Assembly: GCF_000485595.1 (NCBI RefSeq) | Contig: NW_014577066.1 | Location: forward strand, 1,056,132-1,107,673 | From: Priapulus caudatus | Taxonomy: Eukaryota | DNA length: 51,542 nucleotides | Direction of reading: 5' to 3' | Position numbers and translations under genes: made by a program | Shown: piece after piece, positions 1 through 12,607 of the stretch | How the letters are laid out: every line of letters begins with the position of its first letter | Numbering within the stretch: the stretch's first letter is position 1 | Notes under the pieces: generated by a model | Database searches by the model: none | The model's input: only the letters and a program-made list of their open reading frames with translations | What the model was told of the DNA's origin: nothing

Positions 1-11
1 TATATATACTA

Positions 12-68
<57 letters not shown>
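1..68. repeat. (TA)n microsatellite
   Basis: Near-pure TA run at the window start. Confidence 0.95.
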
Positions 69-69
<1 letters not shown>

Positions 70-324
70 CAATCATGCGCATCGTTGGGCCTTGAAACTA
101 ATTGCACAGGGGAATACTGTTTAGGTGGATCGTTCAGGTATGTATGGTTACGTATTCATTATTGATAGTACCTCAGCTCTCTACAGATGTTATGTGTTAA
201 GCGGTTTCTTGTCTGTGCAGTAGTATATTAATTGTACACCTTATGTGGTACGCGATGTGATATAGGCCACTATTTATCTTTACTGGGTCTTTATGTGAAC
301 ATCAGTCGCAACTAGGAGCAGCAC

Positions 325-590
325 TACCACTACCACCGTCACCACTGTCGCTACGCCTTAATTATCACCTCCTCCACCACTAATCGCCATCGCCACCGCC
401 ACCATCACCGCCACCGCCACCGCCACCGCCACCGCCACCGCCACCACCGCCGCCACCACCGCCGCCACCGCCACCGCCACCGTCACCGCCACAACCACGC
501 CACCGCCACCGCCACCGCCACCGCCACCGCAACCGCAACCGCAACCGCAACCGCAACCGCCACCGCAACCGCCACCGCCACCGCCACCAC
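325..590. repeat. (CCACCG)n/(CAACCG)n hexamer microsatellite in an AKHR intron
   Basis: Tandem ccaccg/caaccg units; they explain the poly-G/WR/VA ORFs in the track. Confidence 0.9.
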
Positions 591-1097
591 AATATATACA
601 CTTATCAATTCCATTAATGTTTGCGCCTCTTGAGACAGTGTCTCGGTATACCTGGCTAAAGTGAGATTAATATTGTGCTCCCTTTGGTATATTGCCACTA
701 ACAGTACAGTTGTCATGTTGTCGAAGACGTCGACGGCGTTGAAAACAAATCTATATGACAGCCCTTGTAATTACTTTTCCTATATAGCAATATTTCTATA
801 TTTCCGTTTGATGCATGCGAAAGTAGCACATGGCGTCGTAAGCTCCAGCTGTTAAGAGAACAGCGTGAGATATGTAAGCATTCCGTGGAACCTTTGCCTT
901 ACTGAGCTACTCAACGATTCCATTTCATTCATCCTGTATCATTAAGCGTCAGCATAATCTCTTTGATCGATGGCCGCCGTAAGTGACTGGTGGGGAATGT
1001 AAATATGCGTTTGTCTAACCCTCGCTCTGAATTGAAAAACGTCGTTGACTTTTCAGGTTTTCATCGGTGTTTTTCATAGAAATTAGTTTTTAAATAT

Positions 1098-1343
1098 CAG
1101 GAGTGAATAATAATAGAATAATCTATTATTATTCACTTCTGTAAGTATTTGTATTTCGTGAATATTCGCGCTTTTAATTTGGTTGTCCGATGCATATGTA
1201 AGTTGTTGATGCTACCATAATATCAGGAGTGAATAATAGAGTAAAATATCACTAAAAATCACTAATTATCACTAAAAATCACGAATTATCACTCATTATC
1301 TTATGATTTATCTACTAATTATCTCTATTATTCACACCTGATA
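1098..1343. mobile_element. Two copies of a small foldback/MITE (TIR tatcaggagtgaataatag)
   Basis: 1098-1141 is a near-perfect hairpin (caggagtgaataataataga-ataa-tctattattattcacttctg). 1221-1343 has the same inverted ends around a short spacer of aatcactaa repeats. Confidence 0.55.
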
Positions 1344-1452
1344 ATATTGTGGTTATTACTGCACAGTTTCTAACGTACCCATAGTGTGTGCTTCCAAGAT
1401 GTATCTCTCGTCAAAGCACTAATTTAATCTGAATTTTTTCTTGCATCCGCAG

Positions 1453-1651
1453 TGTATAATCTTTCATGTGGAAACACATCCGAACGTACCCTCGTACACA
1501 CAGTGTGTCACCTTCAACTTCTTCCCGTCAGCATTGCATGCGAATGCATACAACGTGTTTACGATGGTGGCCGGTTACGGACTGCCGCTGTTGGTCATCA
1601 TTGTGTCCTACTCCGCCATATTGAGGGAGATCTATCGCAAGTCGCAGGAAA
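1453..1651 (+). CDS. AKHR: AKH/GnRH-family receptor, penultimate coding exon (ECL2-TM5-ICL3 start)
   Basis: cag| acceptor at 1451-1452 (phase 0) and |gtaagt donor at 1652 (phase 1). Encodes CIIFHVETHPNVPSYTQCVTFNFFPS...AYNVFTMVAGYGLPLLVIIVSYSAIL; IFHVExHP and QCVTFNFFPS are typical of AKH/ACP/GnRH-type receptors. Upstream exons (TM1-4) were not found in the window. Confidence 0.9.
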
Positions 1652-2171
1652 GTAAGTGTAAGCACGCATTTCTTACGAACTATCGTTCTCGCCTTCATTG
1701 ACTTATACATTACGCATTATTATTATTATTATTATTATTATGCATGCACGCATTATTATTATTATTATTATTACTTATTATTATGCATGCACGCAATAAA
1801 GCTTCGGACTTCACTCCTAGCCTACCAAAGTTCTATCTTTCACGCATCAACCAGGAACGCCCCGTTCTTACCTACTAAGGCCGCTAACCTTCCATCGGTT
1901 TTTACCGCACACTACAAAGTTCTATTTCTTTTTGTCCACTCATCAAAGCTTTGCCTCTCTTTTTCAACGTAACTATGCTTTCTCATTTATGTCTCTCGCC
2001 TCTAATAAAACCATCAAACGCCTATACTAGTCCGCTAATGATCTGGCCTTCTTTCTGTATTCTCCAAAGCGGAGTACAGAAACTGTCGCGTGTTTACACT
2101 GGGCGAGATAGACATTTATAGACAGCAGAAATAATAATATATTGTACTTGCTGCCAGATACCAATTATATA

Positions 2172-2203
<32 letters not shown>

Positions 2204-2531
2204 CGCACACACATACACGTATATATATATATATATATACACGAATATACACGTGACGGTTAGGCATTAGTTTGTCAAGGATTTTAGTTCCAACTGGGGC
2301 GCAATGCCCCATCGAACTGATCACGACTATTATAGTTGAACGAGCAAATCTCGCGCATTGCGAAATACGAGATTTCAGTTTCTTATTAATTCCGTTTGTA
2401 CGCACGCCTCCTATATCGTGTTTCACGGCGCCCATTCCACAACTCTCTTCTGCCGCCGCTGCCTTCTATATATGAGCTATTCTCGAGCACCCGGTGAGTA
2501 TCGTTCAACCACAGCATATGATGAAACGCTC

Positions 2532-2535
<4 letters not shown>

Positions 2536-2587
<52 letters not shown>

Positions 2588-2880
2588 TTCTCTTCAGTCA
2601 GCTCACTCACTATCTCTCTGTTTTTACACTTGCAATGCAAGCACTCACGCGCAACACGCACACGCACACGCACACGCACACGCACACGCACACGCACACA
2701 CGCACACGCACAGCGCACACGCCCACGCACACGCACACGCACACGCACACGCACACACGCATGGAAATACGCTCATGCACGCGCACGTACGTACGCACGA
2801 CGCGATCCGCAGTCACAATATATATTATAACTATAATATATATATATACTATATATATTATATATATATATATATATTTT
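2536..2880. repeat. Compound (CT)n / (CACGCA)n / (TA)n microsatellites, intronic
   Basis: Direct reading of simple repeats. Confidence 0.9.
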
Positions 2881-3202
2881 ATCTTATTTATTTATCGAGG
2901 GAGAGAGATGAGAGACGAGAGATCTTAAGAAAAGAAGGATAGCGAGAGGGAAGGAAAGGAAAAGTGAGCGAGAGATAGAGAGCGAAACGGGAAAGGGGCG
3001 GGCGGAGCTACAATTAGCACATTATTCTTCAAGTATCCAGCGCGTTATGAACACAACCCGCATGTAGAGCAAGTTTGTGAACGAATCCTCTCTCATAGTG
3101 GATACGTAATTTATACACACCAAGTGTGTATATGAATCGTAATACGTATTTGTGATTTTAGGTGTGCAGGTAACCCCTAAGCCTCCGTAATGTGATTATT
3201 AA

Positions 3203-3601
3203 AGGTTCCTGCCCACGAAATTTCAAGCGGAAAATATAAAAACAGGCAAAAATTACTTATTTTAACATTGCACGTTTGTACTTGCCTATATATGTGTGAT
3301 AGGTACAAAAAAATTGCTCGGGAATACGTTCATTCAAAGCTTTTAGACTACAAAGTGAAAGTGTCGGGTCGAATGTTTCAAACAGCGTTTACTTTTGCCG
3401 CTCTGCGGCGCTGCTCTGTGAGCTGCCCGCGTCGACTCTTGCCGTCATTATACAGACTCGGAACCGCGGCAAAAAGCGGTAGACGTGATACATATTTTTA
3501 CAGTTTTATTTTCAAAGCTAACGTTCAGTTAAAGTGTAGTGAGCTATTTACTTACGTTTTTACAGTGGTTTGTTACGAAAAATGTACGTGGGAAGACATC
3601 T
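3203..3601. mobile_element. Possible Kolobok-type MITE (TTAA TSD)
   Basis: ttaa|aggttcctgcccacg ... cgtgggaagacatct|ttaa: imperfect 15-bp TIR (11/15) with AG..CT ends and TTAA on both sides. Confidence 0.4.
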
Positions 3602-4320
3602 TTAACATGTCTTAAAAAATCCCTACCGCGTGATTAAGCCACTGATAGTCGCTAATAGATAATCAAGGCGAGGCATATTATCTTTCCGGATTTCTCTCTA
3701 ATTAGGATAAATACGAGATCAAATGTAGGTAATATGAACGATAACGAAGGTACAATGATCCGCATTAGTCGAGTGGCGGTTAAAACCAGAGTAAATCTAC
3801 GTTCAGGGGCGGGCGGGTATAAACGTAATGACAGGTCACGGTGATTCCAGTTGCCCTTTTGATGAAACCGACAGACGACCGAGCTTAGAGACAATAATAA
3901 ATATATAGGTTGTAGATAACAGAGAAAGGGCGCATAAACGAGAAGGAGAGAGGGGGATCGAGAGGGGCAATAGCATGGAGACGGTGATTAAGAACGAGTG
4001 AGGCAGAGCGGGAGGGTAACAGAGATACGCGGAGTGAAAGAGAAAGAGAAAGAGACAAACAGACACATGAAGAGAGTGAGAGAGAGAGAGACAACATGAA
4101 TGTGCAAGTGTGTGTGTGTGTGTGTGTGCGCGCGCGCGCGTGTGTGTATGCGTGCGTGGCGTCTGAATGTATGGGTATATAGTATATGCGTGTGCATGAG
4201 ACACACAGAGAGAGAGATAGACAGAGAGACAGACAGGCAGAGGGACAGTCAGCCAGCGAAACACATGACGTGATAGATGTATAGCATGCTCGCCCTACTA
4301 CACACCGTCTCCTCTTGCAG

Positions 4321-4772
4321 CGAGCGCGTCACGCGCCGGCAGCGGCGGCGGCCTGCGACGCTCCTGCGGCGGCAACCTGAGCAAGGCGAAGGCGAAGACG
4401 CTCAAGATGACCATCATCATCGTGCTCGTCTTCACGATGTGCTGGACGCCGTACTATGTCATCGCCGCCTGGTACTGGTTCGATCCGGCGACGGCGCGGC
4501 TCGTCGACCCGAAGGTGCAGCGAGGCCTGTTCATGTTCGCTATCTCGAACGCCTGCATGGACCCGCTCGTCTACGGCCTGTTCACGATCAACGTGCACCG
4601 CGATGCGCAGCGCTGCTCGCAGTGGCTGCGCCGATGTCTTCGCCGCCGCGCCGACGATAAGGGCATGTCGACCACGGCGTCGTCGGCGAACATGTCGAGC
4701 AATACGGAGCGCATCTACGTGCACATGACTCCGCTGGCGACGAGTCACAACGGCATCGTATCGGCGTTGTGA
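4321..4772 (+). CDS. AKHR: AKH/GnRH-family receptor, last coding exon (ICL3-TM6-TM7-C-tail)
   Basis: Pyrimidine tract plus cag| at 4320. The phase-1 join to the 1453-1651 exon gives ...LRRSCGGNLSKAKAKTLKMTIIIVLVFTMCWTPYYVIAAWYWFDP...LFMFAISNACMDPLVYGLF...*. LRRS, KTLKMT, CWTPYY, WYWFD and DPxxY are AKHR hallmarks. Stop TGA at 4770-4772. Confidence 0.92.
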
Positions 4773-4790
4773 GCGCGGTGGGTTCGGACG

Positions 4791-5005
4791 GGCGGCGCCA
4801 CTGTCGATGAACGGATCCAGAGACGTTCCGATCTTAAAAGTGTGGTGGATGTTCATAGGCGGCGCTACTGTCAAGAAACGGAAGCAAAGACGTTTCGATT
4901 TTAAGAGTGTGGTGGATGTTCATAGGCGGCGCCACTGTCTATAGACGTAAATGACAGTGCGGCGGATAGTCGTGATGACGCAAGGAGGCGCCACTGTCGA
5001 TAAAC
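4791..5005 (+). repeat. ~67-bp minisatellite (3-4 decaying units) at the start of the AKHR 3' UTR
   Basis: The ggcggcgc(c/t)actgtc anchor recurs at 4791, 4858, 4925 and about 4985; gtgtggtggatgttcatagg occurs twice. Confidence 0.8.
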
Positions 5006-6288
5006 GAAAACGGAAACGGAGTAAAAACGCATACAGGATGTTTCGTTGTACGGTGGTGCGCACCAACAAGGAAACTATGACGTCAACCGGTTGTTCACGT
5101 TTTTCGCTTGTGTCATTGACAACGGACTGTTGTAGATGCTCGCTGTGCCAGTTTCATGCTAGAAAATGCGGATATATTTATATTAGCACACTATTCTACA
5201 TTGTAACTAATGCTGTGTGCAGATATGAAGCGCCAACTCGACAAGTGAGCGCGTAAGGAGTTTCATTTCAGGAGTTAATTGTGTGTGCGAAATGGTGTTC
5301 ATGTATTGCATTGTCAAAAAGTGATCGTGTCGTGGATCACGTGTTATATCATAGGCTAAGTGCTGCGCGAATTTAAGATTGATTGATCTCAGCAGTGTAG
5401 ACAGTAGTTACGAGAAGTTGTATGCATTGAATCACTCATAATAATTTATATCGGGTTAATATTTGCTGGGAGCGCAGCTAAAGTCGTATACGTTGGCTAT
5501 ATATCATGGTTTAGCCTATATGTAAAATCTTCTAGATTTACGCGTCCCTACCCCACGTACATGCGCGCGCATGTAGGCCCTATAACGCGTATGCTCATGC
5601 TATAGGCGTCTGTGTACGAAATGGGTGCACTTTGCCTGTATGTACCTACTACCTATATATGGAATACGATTAACAGCATAATCTTCCCATTTTATTTTTA
5701 ATCCAATCTGAGCGGTGCTCTATACTAACGATTTAGCCCTAAAATAATTAGCCAATCATATGATGCGATAGATATTCGTTCCGTATCAATACTTCAAACA
5801 GGCGGATGAATTAAGTCCTATGTGATCCATCAGGCATCATTTTATTCACCATACATTATTTTAGTTGAAATCATAGGCTATAAATATTAATTGTAGGCAC
5901 CTTGCACTCGCCTACACCTTACCATAGGTAGATAATAGGGAATTCCCCTATTATCTACTTCTGACCTTACGTATTGCCCTGATAAGATCTATTATGGTTT
6001 AAGCGGCTTATAATTTATAATAGTAACACTTTTCTGATTGGGCTTTCAGCTAGTAGTAATAGGATTTAATCGCGATTAAATGGCACTGCCTTGATTAGAT
6101 ATAAATTAATCGCACCTCAACGCTATTTCAATCGCATTTCAATGTGTTAACAAATTTATTAACCGCAATTTACTCACCGTTTACATCGCTTTCAAACAGG
6201 ATTAATATTAGTAAGTGATGCCAGTGATTGCGTTCTATACACACGCGACAGCATATAAAATACGCGTAGGCCTACATTAATCATATAT

Positions 6289-6612
6289 GGGTGTTGCTAT
6301 CCCCCGGGCGTGGAGGGAGGTCACGTGATAACGTTGACGATGACGTTCAAAACGTAACCCTCACTCCAACACCGCCAACACTAACCATCACACTAAATAT
6401 ATATGTGTCGCCGCGCTATATATAGGCATTGTGATCCACAAAAATTAATCTATGGTGTGGGGACAGATATCATGATGGAAAAACTCTAACCCTTACCCTA
6501 ATCCTAACCCTAACCCTAACCCTAACCCTAACCCTGACCCTAACCCTAATCCTGCCACTAGTGCTGCCACGTTGCGGTTACCTCCCTCCACGCCCGGGGG
6601 ATAGCATTACCC
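6289..6612. mobile_element. Mutator-like (MULE) MITE carrying (CCCTAA)n telomere-type repeats
   Basis: ~33-bp TIR gggtgttgctatcccccgggcgtggagggaggt / acctccctccacgcccgggggatagcattaccc. Perfect 10-bp TSD aatcatatat (6279-6288 and 6613-6622). About 11 ccctaa units at 6485-6552. Confidence 0.85.
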
Positions 6613-7273
6613 AATCATATATGAGCACGGAGTGATGGCCATGATGGATTTCCATGCATGTGTATACATGCGCGCGTGTGTGTGCGTGCGTAGGCGTGTG
6701 TGCATGTGTATGTATGTGTGCTTGTATATTGACAAAGTGTATATTGAAAGGTATCGGTATGTAATCATGGATATTGAGGTTTAGGCTGAAAATTGACTCG
6801 TTTACCTTGGCACATGGCCTAGCATAAATTGAGGTAGTGAAGTAGTGAACCCCCGCGTGAAAGGTACACGGGTATACACATGGATTATATGACGTTTGAA
6901 TAGGGAACTCAGTGATGTTCTGATTTGAAGAAACCCATGCCATGCATCCAAGTAGGGTTATTTGATCGTCTGTAATCGTTTGATATGTGATACCTGGAAT
7001 TATGTATACATGATATGTATGTTCGTATGAGCGTAAACATAATTGTGCTGATATCAGTCTATAGTGCTGGCATATAAGGATTTGCGCTACCCATTATCAA
7101 CTGGCGAGTCAGCTTTGCATAAACAGTGTTTGTTCGCAGTAAGCTACTATTCAGTGTGTTGTCTTTGTACTCAAGCACGCGCGAATCTCGACGCGTGGGA
7201 TTGAGTAAAATTGCGAGGTATTTAAAGACGACGAGAGATTTTTATTACGCAATCACGGTCGCGTGTAGGCACA

Positions 7274-7618
7274 CACGCAAATCGCCATTCCGGTCTGACG
7301 GCGCCATTGACAGCTAGCTCTATATCATATGAAATGTGAACGCGCACGTGTGCACCCAAGCTATTACTACTACGTTTTCACAATATGTCAGAAGGAGTCT
7401 GCGATTGCGATAAACAATACGTCCGCCGCCAGCGCGTCATCGCACGCAAATCGTCATTCCGGTCTGACGGCGCCATTGACAGCTAGCGCTATATTATCAT
7501 ATGAATTGTGAACGCGCACGTGCGCTATTATCCAAGCTATTACTACTACGTTTTCACAATATGTCAGCGGGAGTCTGCGATTGCGATAAACAATACGTCC
7601 GCCGCCAGCGCGTCGTCG
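7274..7618. repeat. Tandem duplication of a ~170-bp unit
   Basis: cacgcaaatcg..ccggtctgacggcgccattgacagctagc...gtccgccgccagcgcgtc occurs twice head-to-tail. Confidence 0.85.
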
Positions 7619-9545
7619 CCGGGATTTTCGTCTCCTCTCGCCATGCCGGTCGCGAACAATTGGCGAAATGTTTCGATAAGCTTCGCGCACACCGCAGGGA
7701 CACGAATCAGTGACACATCATCATCGTCACGGCGGCTGACGGCGTCAGCGTGAAACGGGATTCTGCTGAAATCTATATAAAAAAACGTGCGTTCACCGAC
7801 TTCACTGAGTATTTAGCCTGTGGATTACAGCGGGCTGACTGAGTGACGAGGGGATGTGTGCGGCGGTAGCGAGAGTCGAATAATCGGGTTCGCGTTTGAG
7901 TCGACGCGTCGGATAAAAGCGCTCATATCAACGCGCCGTCGGCTTCTCCTGCCTCCATACCGCACTCTACACCGCTCTGATAAGCAACAAATGCTCACGT
8001 AAAAAAACATCCAGACGTCCATCGCGGCCGTCATGCTTAGAATCTGAGAACTCGATAGCCGATCAATGTGCTAGCCAAAAAAGAAATAAGTTTCATCTCC
8101 ACGATGGTCAAATAAATAATCAAAATTTCCATAATTTCTAAATTTCTATTATATAATTATTATTGAGCCTGCGTACGTGAGCACGTGAGTGCGTACGTGC
8201 GTGCACTCGTGCGTTCGTGCCTGCATGCTTGCGTGCAGTACACCAGAAGTAAAGTTCACAAATCGTTTAATGCCACCTCAATGTCGTGTGCAAATAAACA
8301 CGTGTCCGCGCGTACGGCTGAGTAAACAGGGACGGGTTACGTACTGTGTGAACGCGGCCAATCTCAGGAAATTAGGTTTCCGTCTTATTGCGGGCAATCC
8401 GATATTGCACGAACAGATCAACAGCAAACGATCAACACTCCGGTCATATTTTTTCTCCGTTCGCGTAACTAAACCTATACGTTTTCATTAATTAGTAGAA
8501 AATAATAATAAAGATAATTGATATTATTCATATTACTTGATTGCGTGGCACAACCCTTAACATATCTCGCAGTTATTTGATTTTACTTTTAATATTGCCA
8601 CGCGAGTAATTATAAATTAAAGATAAACAGCATGTCTCTTGGATAACTAAGTACCGATTTATTTATTTACGGTAATTAAGCAAGCTATCATTGCTACGTG
8701 CAGGATTTCGACATTAGTAAAATGAGCAATAACAACACGAGTGAAACTTTAACATCGCACGTACAACAAACATGGACAAATTGATTAATTACAAAATAAC
8801 AAAATACATGATAAATATAGTTAGTATATAAGGCTAAAGTACAATTAAGTCTCACGAACCGATACCCCGTAATCACAAGAATAAATATATTATGTTTTCG
8901 ATGATTTACATGATAATTATGTTTGCTAAGATTATTACGAGGCATTAAGAAGTGTAACGAGTTATATCACCCCTATGATCAGGTGTTTTTTTATTATTCT
9001 AATTTTTACCAATTTATAATTTATAATTATATCCAATTTAATTATTACTCTAATTATTTTATAAATTAATTTAATAACTTCAACTATTTAATAATTGTTA
9101 ACTAATTTTGTTAATCATGCTGATCGCAGTGAAACAAAGTCGAATGACGTATAGCCGACCTCCATAACATGTCAATGTCACCAGCCACACCATCGAGCGC
9201 TACAAAGTCTATCATCATATCTGCTAATTGCCTTAGCTGGCACTCACACGGGTCACGCAGGCACAGATCTAGGATTACCGTCATTCGTATCGAGCAGAAC
9301 TTGATTTCCATGGACGCCTTTTATTTATGCAGGGCGGTACTGCCCAATCGGTCACTTATTTTGCACTAATTTCATTATTATTTTAATTTTTTTTTTAATT
9401 ATTTAATATCTCCCACTATTTAATAATTGCGAAAAAATCGCAGTGATAATGAGCCAAGGTCGAATTGCATATAGGCGTCCTACATAACATTTCAATGCTA
9501 CCACCCACACCATCGAGCTTAATGTAGGGCGGCCCCAGCGGTCAC

Positions 9546-9892
9546 CTATTTTGCGCTATTCGAAGAAGCCGCCGGTGGCTTTCCATCCATCGACTTTTCA
9601 TCCTTGACAGAGGGCGCTGATGACTTTCCGGGAACAGATTTCGCGTCATTCGCAGCTGGTGCACCTGGCGCAGCTGGCGCTCCGGGCACCGAGTTCTCAT
9701 CCTTTGACATGGGAGCTACGGGCTTTCCGGCGACAGAGCTCACGTTATTCACCGATGGTGTGACAGGTTGTGTGGTGATCGGCTTCGCTTTTAGTTGGAC
9801 TCCGACACCATTAGGAATAATGACAGCTCCCCCCGGTGGCTTGTTATCTGCATATTTAAACAGGTAAAGTCGCCGGGTTGGACACGCACCAC
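9546..9892 (-). CDS. Orphan Pro/Ala/Lys/Ser-rich coding segment (probable terminal exon, unknown gene)
   Basis: Open frame in a GC-richer island. The peptide motif [KN]xxxS[VM]xG recurs four times (NNVSSVAGK, KDENSVPG, NDAKSVPGK, KDEKSMDGK) with divergent codons. Possible acceptor near 9893. No recognisable domain. Confidence 0.35.
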
Positions 9893-10218
9893 TTAGAATA
9901 AAACATAGAATGAATGAACGAGTGAACAGCAGAACAATTTCAGTTCTGATCAAACAAATCAGTCGTAAACGTGGTGTTACGACGCGGTTGTGTATCGACT
10001 ATATTTCAAACCTACGTGCGACGGCTTTCGTGAAATTCTTCGCTTTTTGTGGAGTCCCTTTTCTATCAGTTTTTCCGTTTTTTTCACTTTCGGTCTGTCA
10101 AGAAACCACAAAAACAACCGAACATGATAATCCGATTTTGTTCTTGCAGAACACACACACACACACACACACACACAACACAAACATACCTACACACGCA
10201 TACACGCACGTACACGCG

Positions 10219-10284
<66 letters not shown>

Positions 10285-11834
10285 GTGCGTTTTCTAAGAC
10301 TTCCATAATTTATCGATTTTTCCTAACCCCAAAACTCCGTTCTCACTAACCCGGTGGTAAGCGAGCTTAGAGAGTGGAGGTTAGTGTTATGAAAGCGAAA
10401 CGTAACTATGCACGGGGTTCCCGTACGAAATCACTCGAAATTTGCGGATTAAAAATGCGAAACATCATTCCTATGTGCATGGAGAGGCACCAGTCTCCGT
10501 TTGGTCTATTTCACTGACAGGTATTTTACACGTTATTTAAAACAGAGACAGTCTGTCGATTGTGCTTGTACGTACAATATTGGGAAACTGCTATTCAAAT
10601 GGTCAGATTACAATGCCGTGCTTGCAGCAACGAAAAACCACAAATATCTCTGGCACCACACTCAACGGCGAAGTTAAATCTTTTTTCCCTAAAACGAAAT
10701 ATCAATCGATACCGCCTCAGTAGAAAATTCAATAGGTACATTTCCCGTTAGACTAGAAGAAAATGTGGCTATAAAATACGAAGTCGTTTACTCAAGTCGA
10801 ACGAGAAAGTTGAATATTGTATCAGACGGAAGATAGACCACGGCGTAATGGCGCCAACCGGCAATTTTGCAGAATCAATCTGTAGCGAAATTACATTACA
10901 TGGCGCCGAAGTTCGCGAATTAAGTTTCGCGCTAAACGTCTCATCTCCACCGAGTTTATTTATTTAATAAATATTTCTCCCAAGTGCAAATTTAATATCC
11001 CGATGCTAAAATTATTCGGCAGTGCGTTAGCTCCGACCTTCGCTCCGAGTACCATTAGCAGCGATCAATAATCGATCTAAAAAGGTTCTCACCGAGACTA
11101 ATCAATGTACGAGTCTTGCCAATTTACGTAAAACCCTAAAGAACACCTTCAACCAAAACGACGTGTAAAAAAAATCTGACCGTTGCACCCAGAAATCATT
11201 TGAATTTGCGAAAAAAAGTGAATTCGATATCGTTATAAAAAAGTTTGCCACTCAACAAAAGTCAATGTTTCGCAAACGTTGATTGCACAGTCGGCGTACG
11301 CATGGTCGCAGAGAATGCTACAGAGGAAGATAAATAGATGGCGCAAGATGACCGGCAAAACTATGACGTATGTATGAAGTATGACGAACCCTTCTCTCAG
11401 TCGACCAGTCGGTCGGCGGTACCTCCAATTCAGCATGGTCGCTCTCTGCGTCCGGGCCGTCCGATTCAAACTCCATACTGTCCGTACTCGATGGCTGGAT
11501 GCCTGCCGGCTAGAAAACGTAAAACGGGAGCGATTGCGTCACGTACAGGTCGAGCACGAGGCTAATCGCCGAGCATGCCTATACCAGCCATCCTATATAC
11601 CAGCTCATCAATTTCTGAAATCGCTCGGCAGTAGAGTTCGACTCCCCGACGAGTGACGCAGAGCAAGCTGGCTCGTCTTATGGCGTGCTAGTATCGCACA
11701 TCCTCTGCATTGATACGGAAAGCTCGCGCGCGTGTTTGTATGAGCAGGTGCTTACTGAGTAGCACCTATATAATATTATGTGTGCGTACGTGTGCGTGCC
11801 CGCATGCGCGGGTGCGTTTATGTGTGTGTGCTAA

Positions 11835-12110
11835 AGCCCGGCGCACACGTGAGTAATTTTACTGTCAAATGATGCATGCGTCAAAATACTCAAGTGAAAT
11901 ATTTTCAGCGTTTGCGGCCCACGTGAGTAAACCAATCACGTGACTGTACAAAATGGCGGATACCGATAGTTCGACTGTCTCCGAAGATGAAGAAATTTTA
12001 TTGTTTCTTTTACTGTGGTTTGCTTGCTCCCTTTTCTCCCTATCTTTAAAATCTGGGCTACTAACGACGTATAAGCATTCATAATCGGGCCAAAAATCCA
12101 CCAATTAGTC
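11835..12110 (-). mobile_element. Harbinger/PIF remnant with a MADF (Myb/SANT-like) fragment
   Basis: The minus-strand peptide LVDFWPDYECLYVVSSPDFKDREKREQA fits the MADF core (LxxxWxxxxCLYxxxxxDxKDRxKRxxA). A Harbinger-like terminus taa-agcccggcgcacacgtgag lies at about 11832. Confidence 0.5.
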
Positions 12111-12443
12111 CACCGATAAAACATCCGAAACTATTCTGCGACTACATCATCTTTACTCTTTGCTACAATCTGCTACCATTTGCTAACAACTCTACAATTC
12201 TACTCCTTGCTGCAATCATCTACGATGCTACGATTCCGGAGCTGAGATCATCAACCTTCAAACCAAACTACAATAAATAACATTAACCGCACGATCACGA
12301 GCCATCGCGCGCAGAGTATCATTTGGGCAAGTGACCAGGTATATCAGTGATCTCGTATCGTAACGTAACGTCGAGTGACGTCCTTCATCCGACAATAAAC
12401 GTCATTGAGCGTCGCCCGCGCGAGGAGCACAAGGAACTTAATT

Positions 12444-12548
12444 ATCGACCTCTTATCTCCCCCAGCTTTCTCTCTCTCTTTCGCGCGCGCTATCTCTCTC
12501 TCTCGCGCTCTCTCTCCCGCTCTTCTCTCTCTCTCTCTCCGCAGCGCG

Positions 12549-12607
<59 letters not shown>

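Noticed and set aside
380..716. Poly-Gly/WR/VA ORFs
   Set aside because: Translations of a hexamer microsatellite in an intron.
2175..2942. Several 70-190 aa ORFs rich in HT/SL/VC
   Set aside because: Stop-free simple repeats. The same applies to the ORFs at 10.0, 12.4, 24.5-25.8, 35.6, 36.2, 39.6-40.1, 44.8, 47.4 and 49.8-51.0 kb.
4329..4874. 181-aa antisense ORF over the AKHR last exon
   Set aside because: Shadow of a GC-rich coding exon; no independent support.
10790..10879. Possible minus-strand exon IDSAKLPVGAITPWSIFRL...
   Set aside because: The acceptor is plausible but the donor is weak, and there is no homology or phase support.
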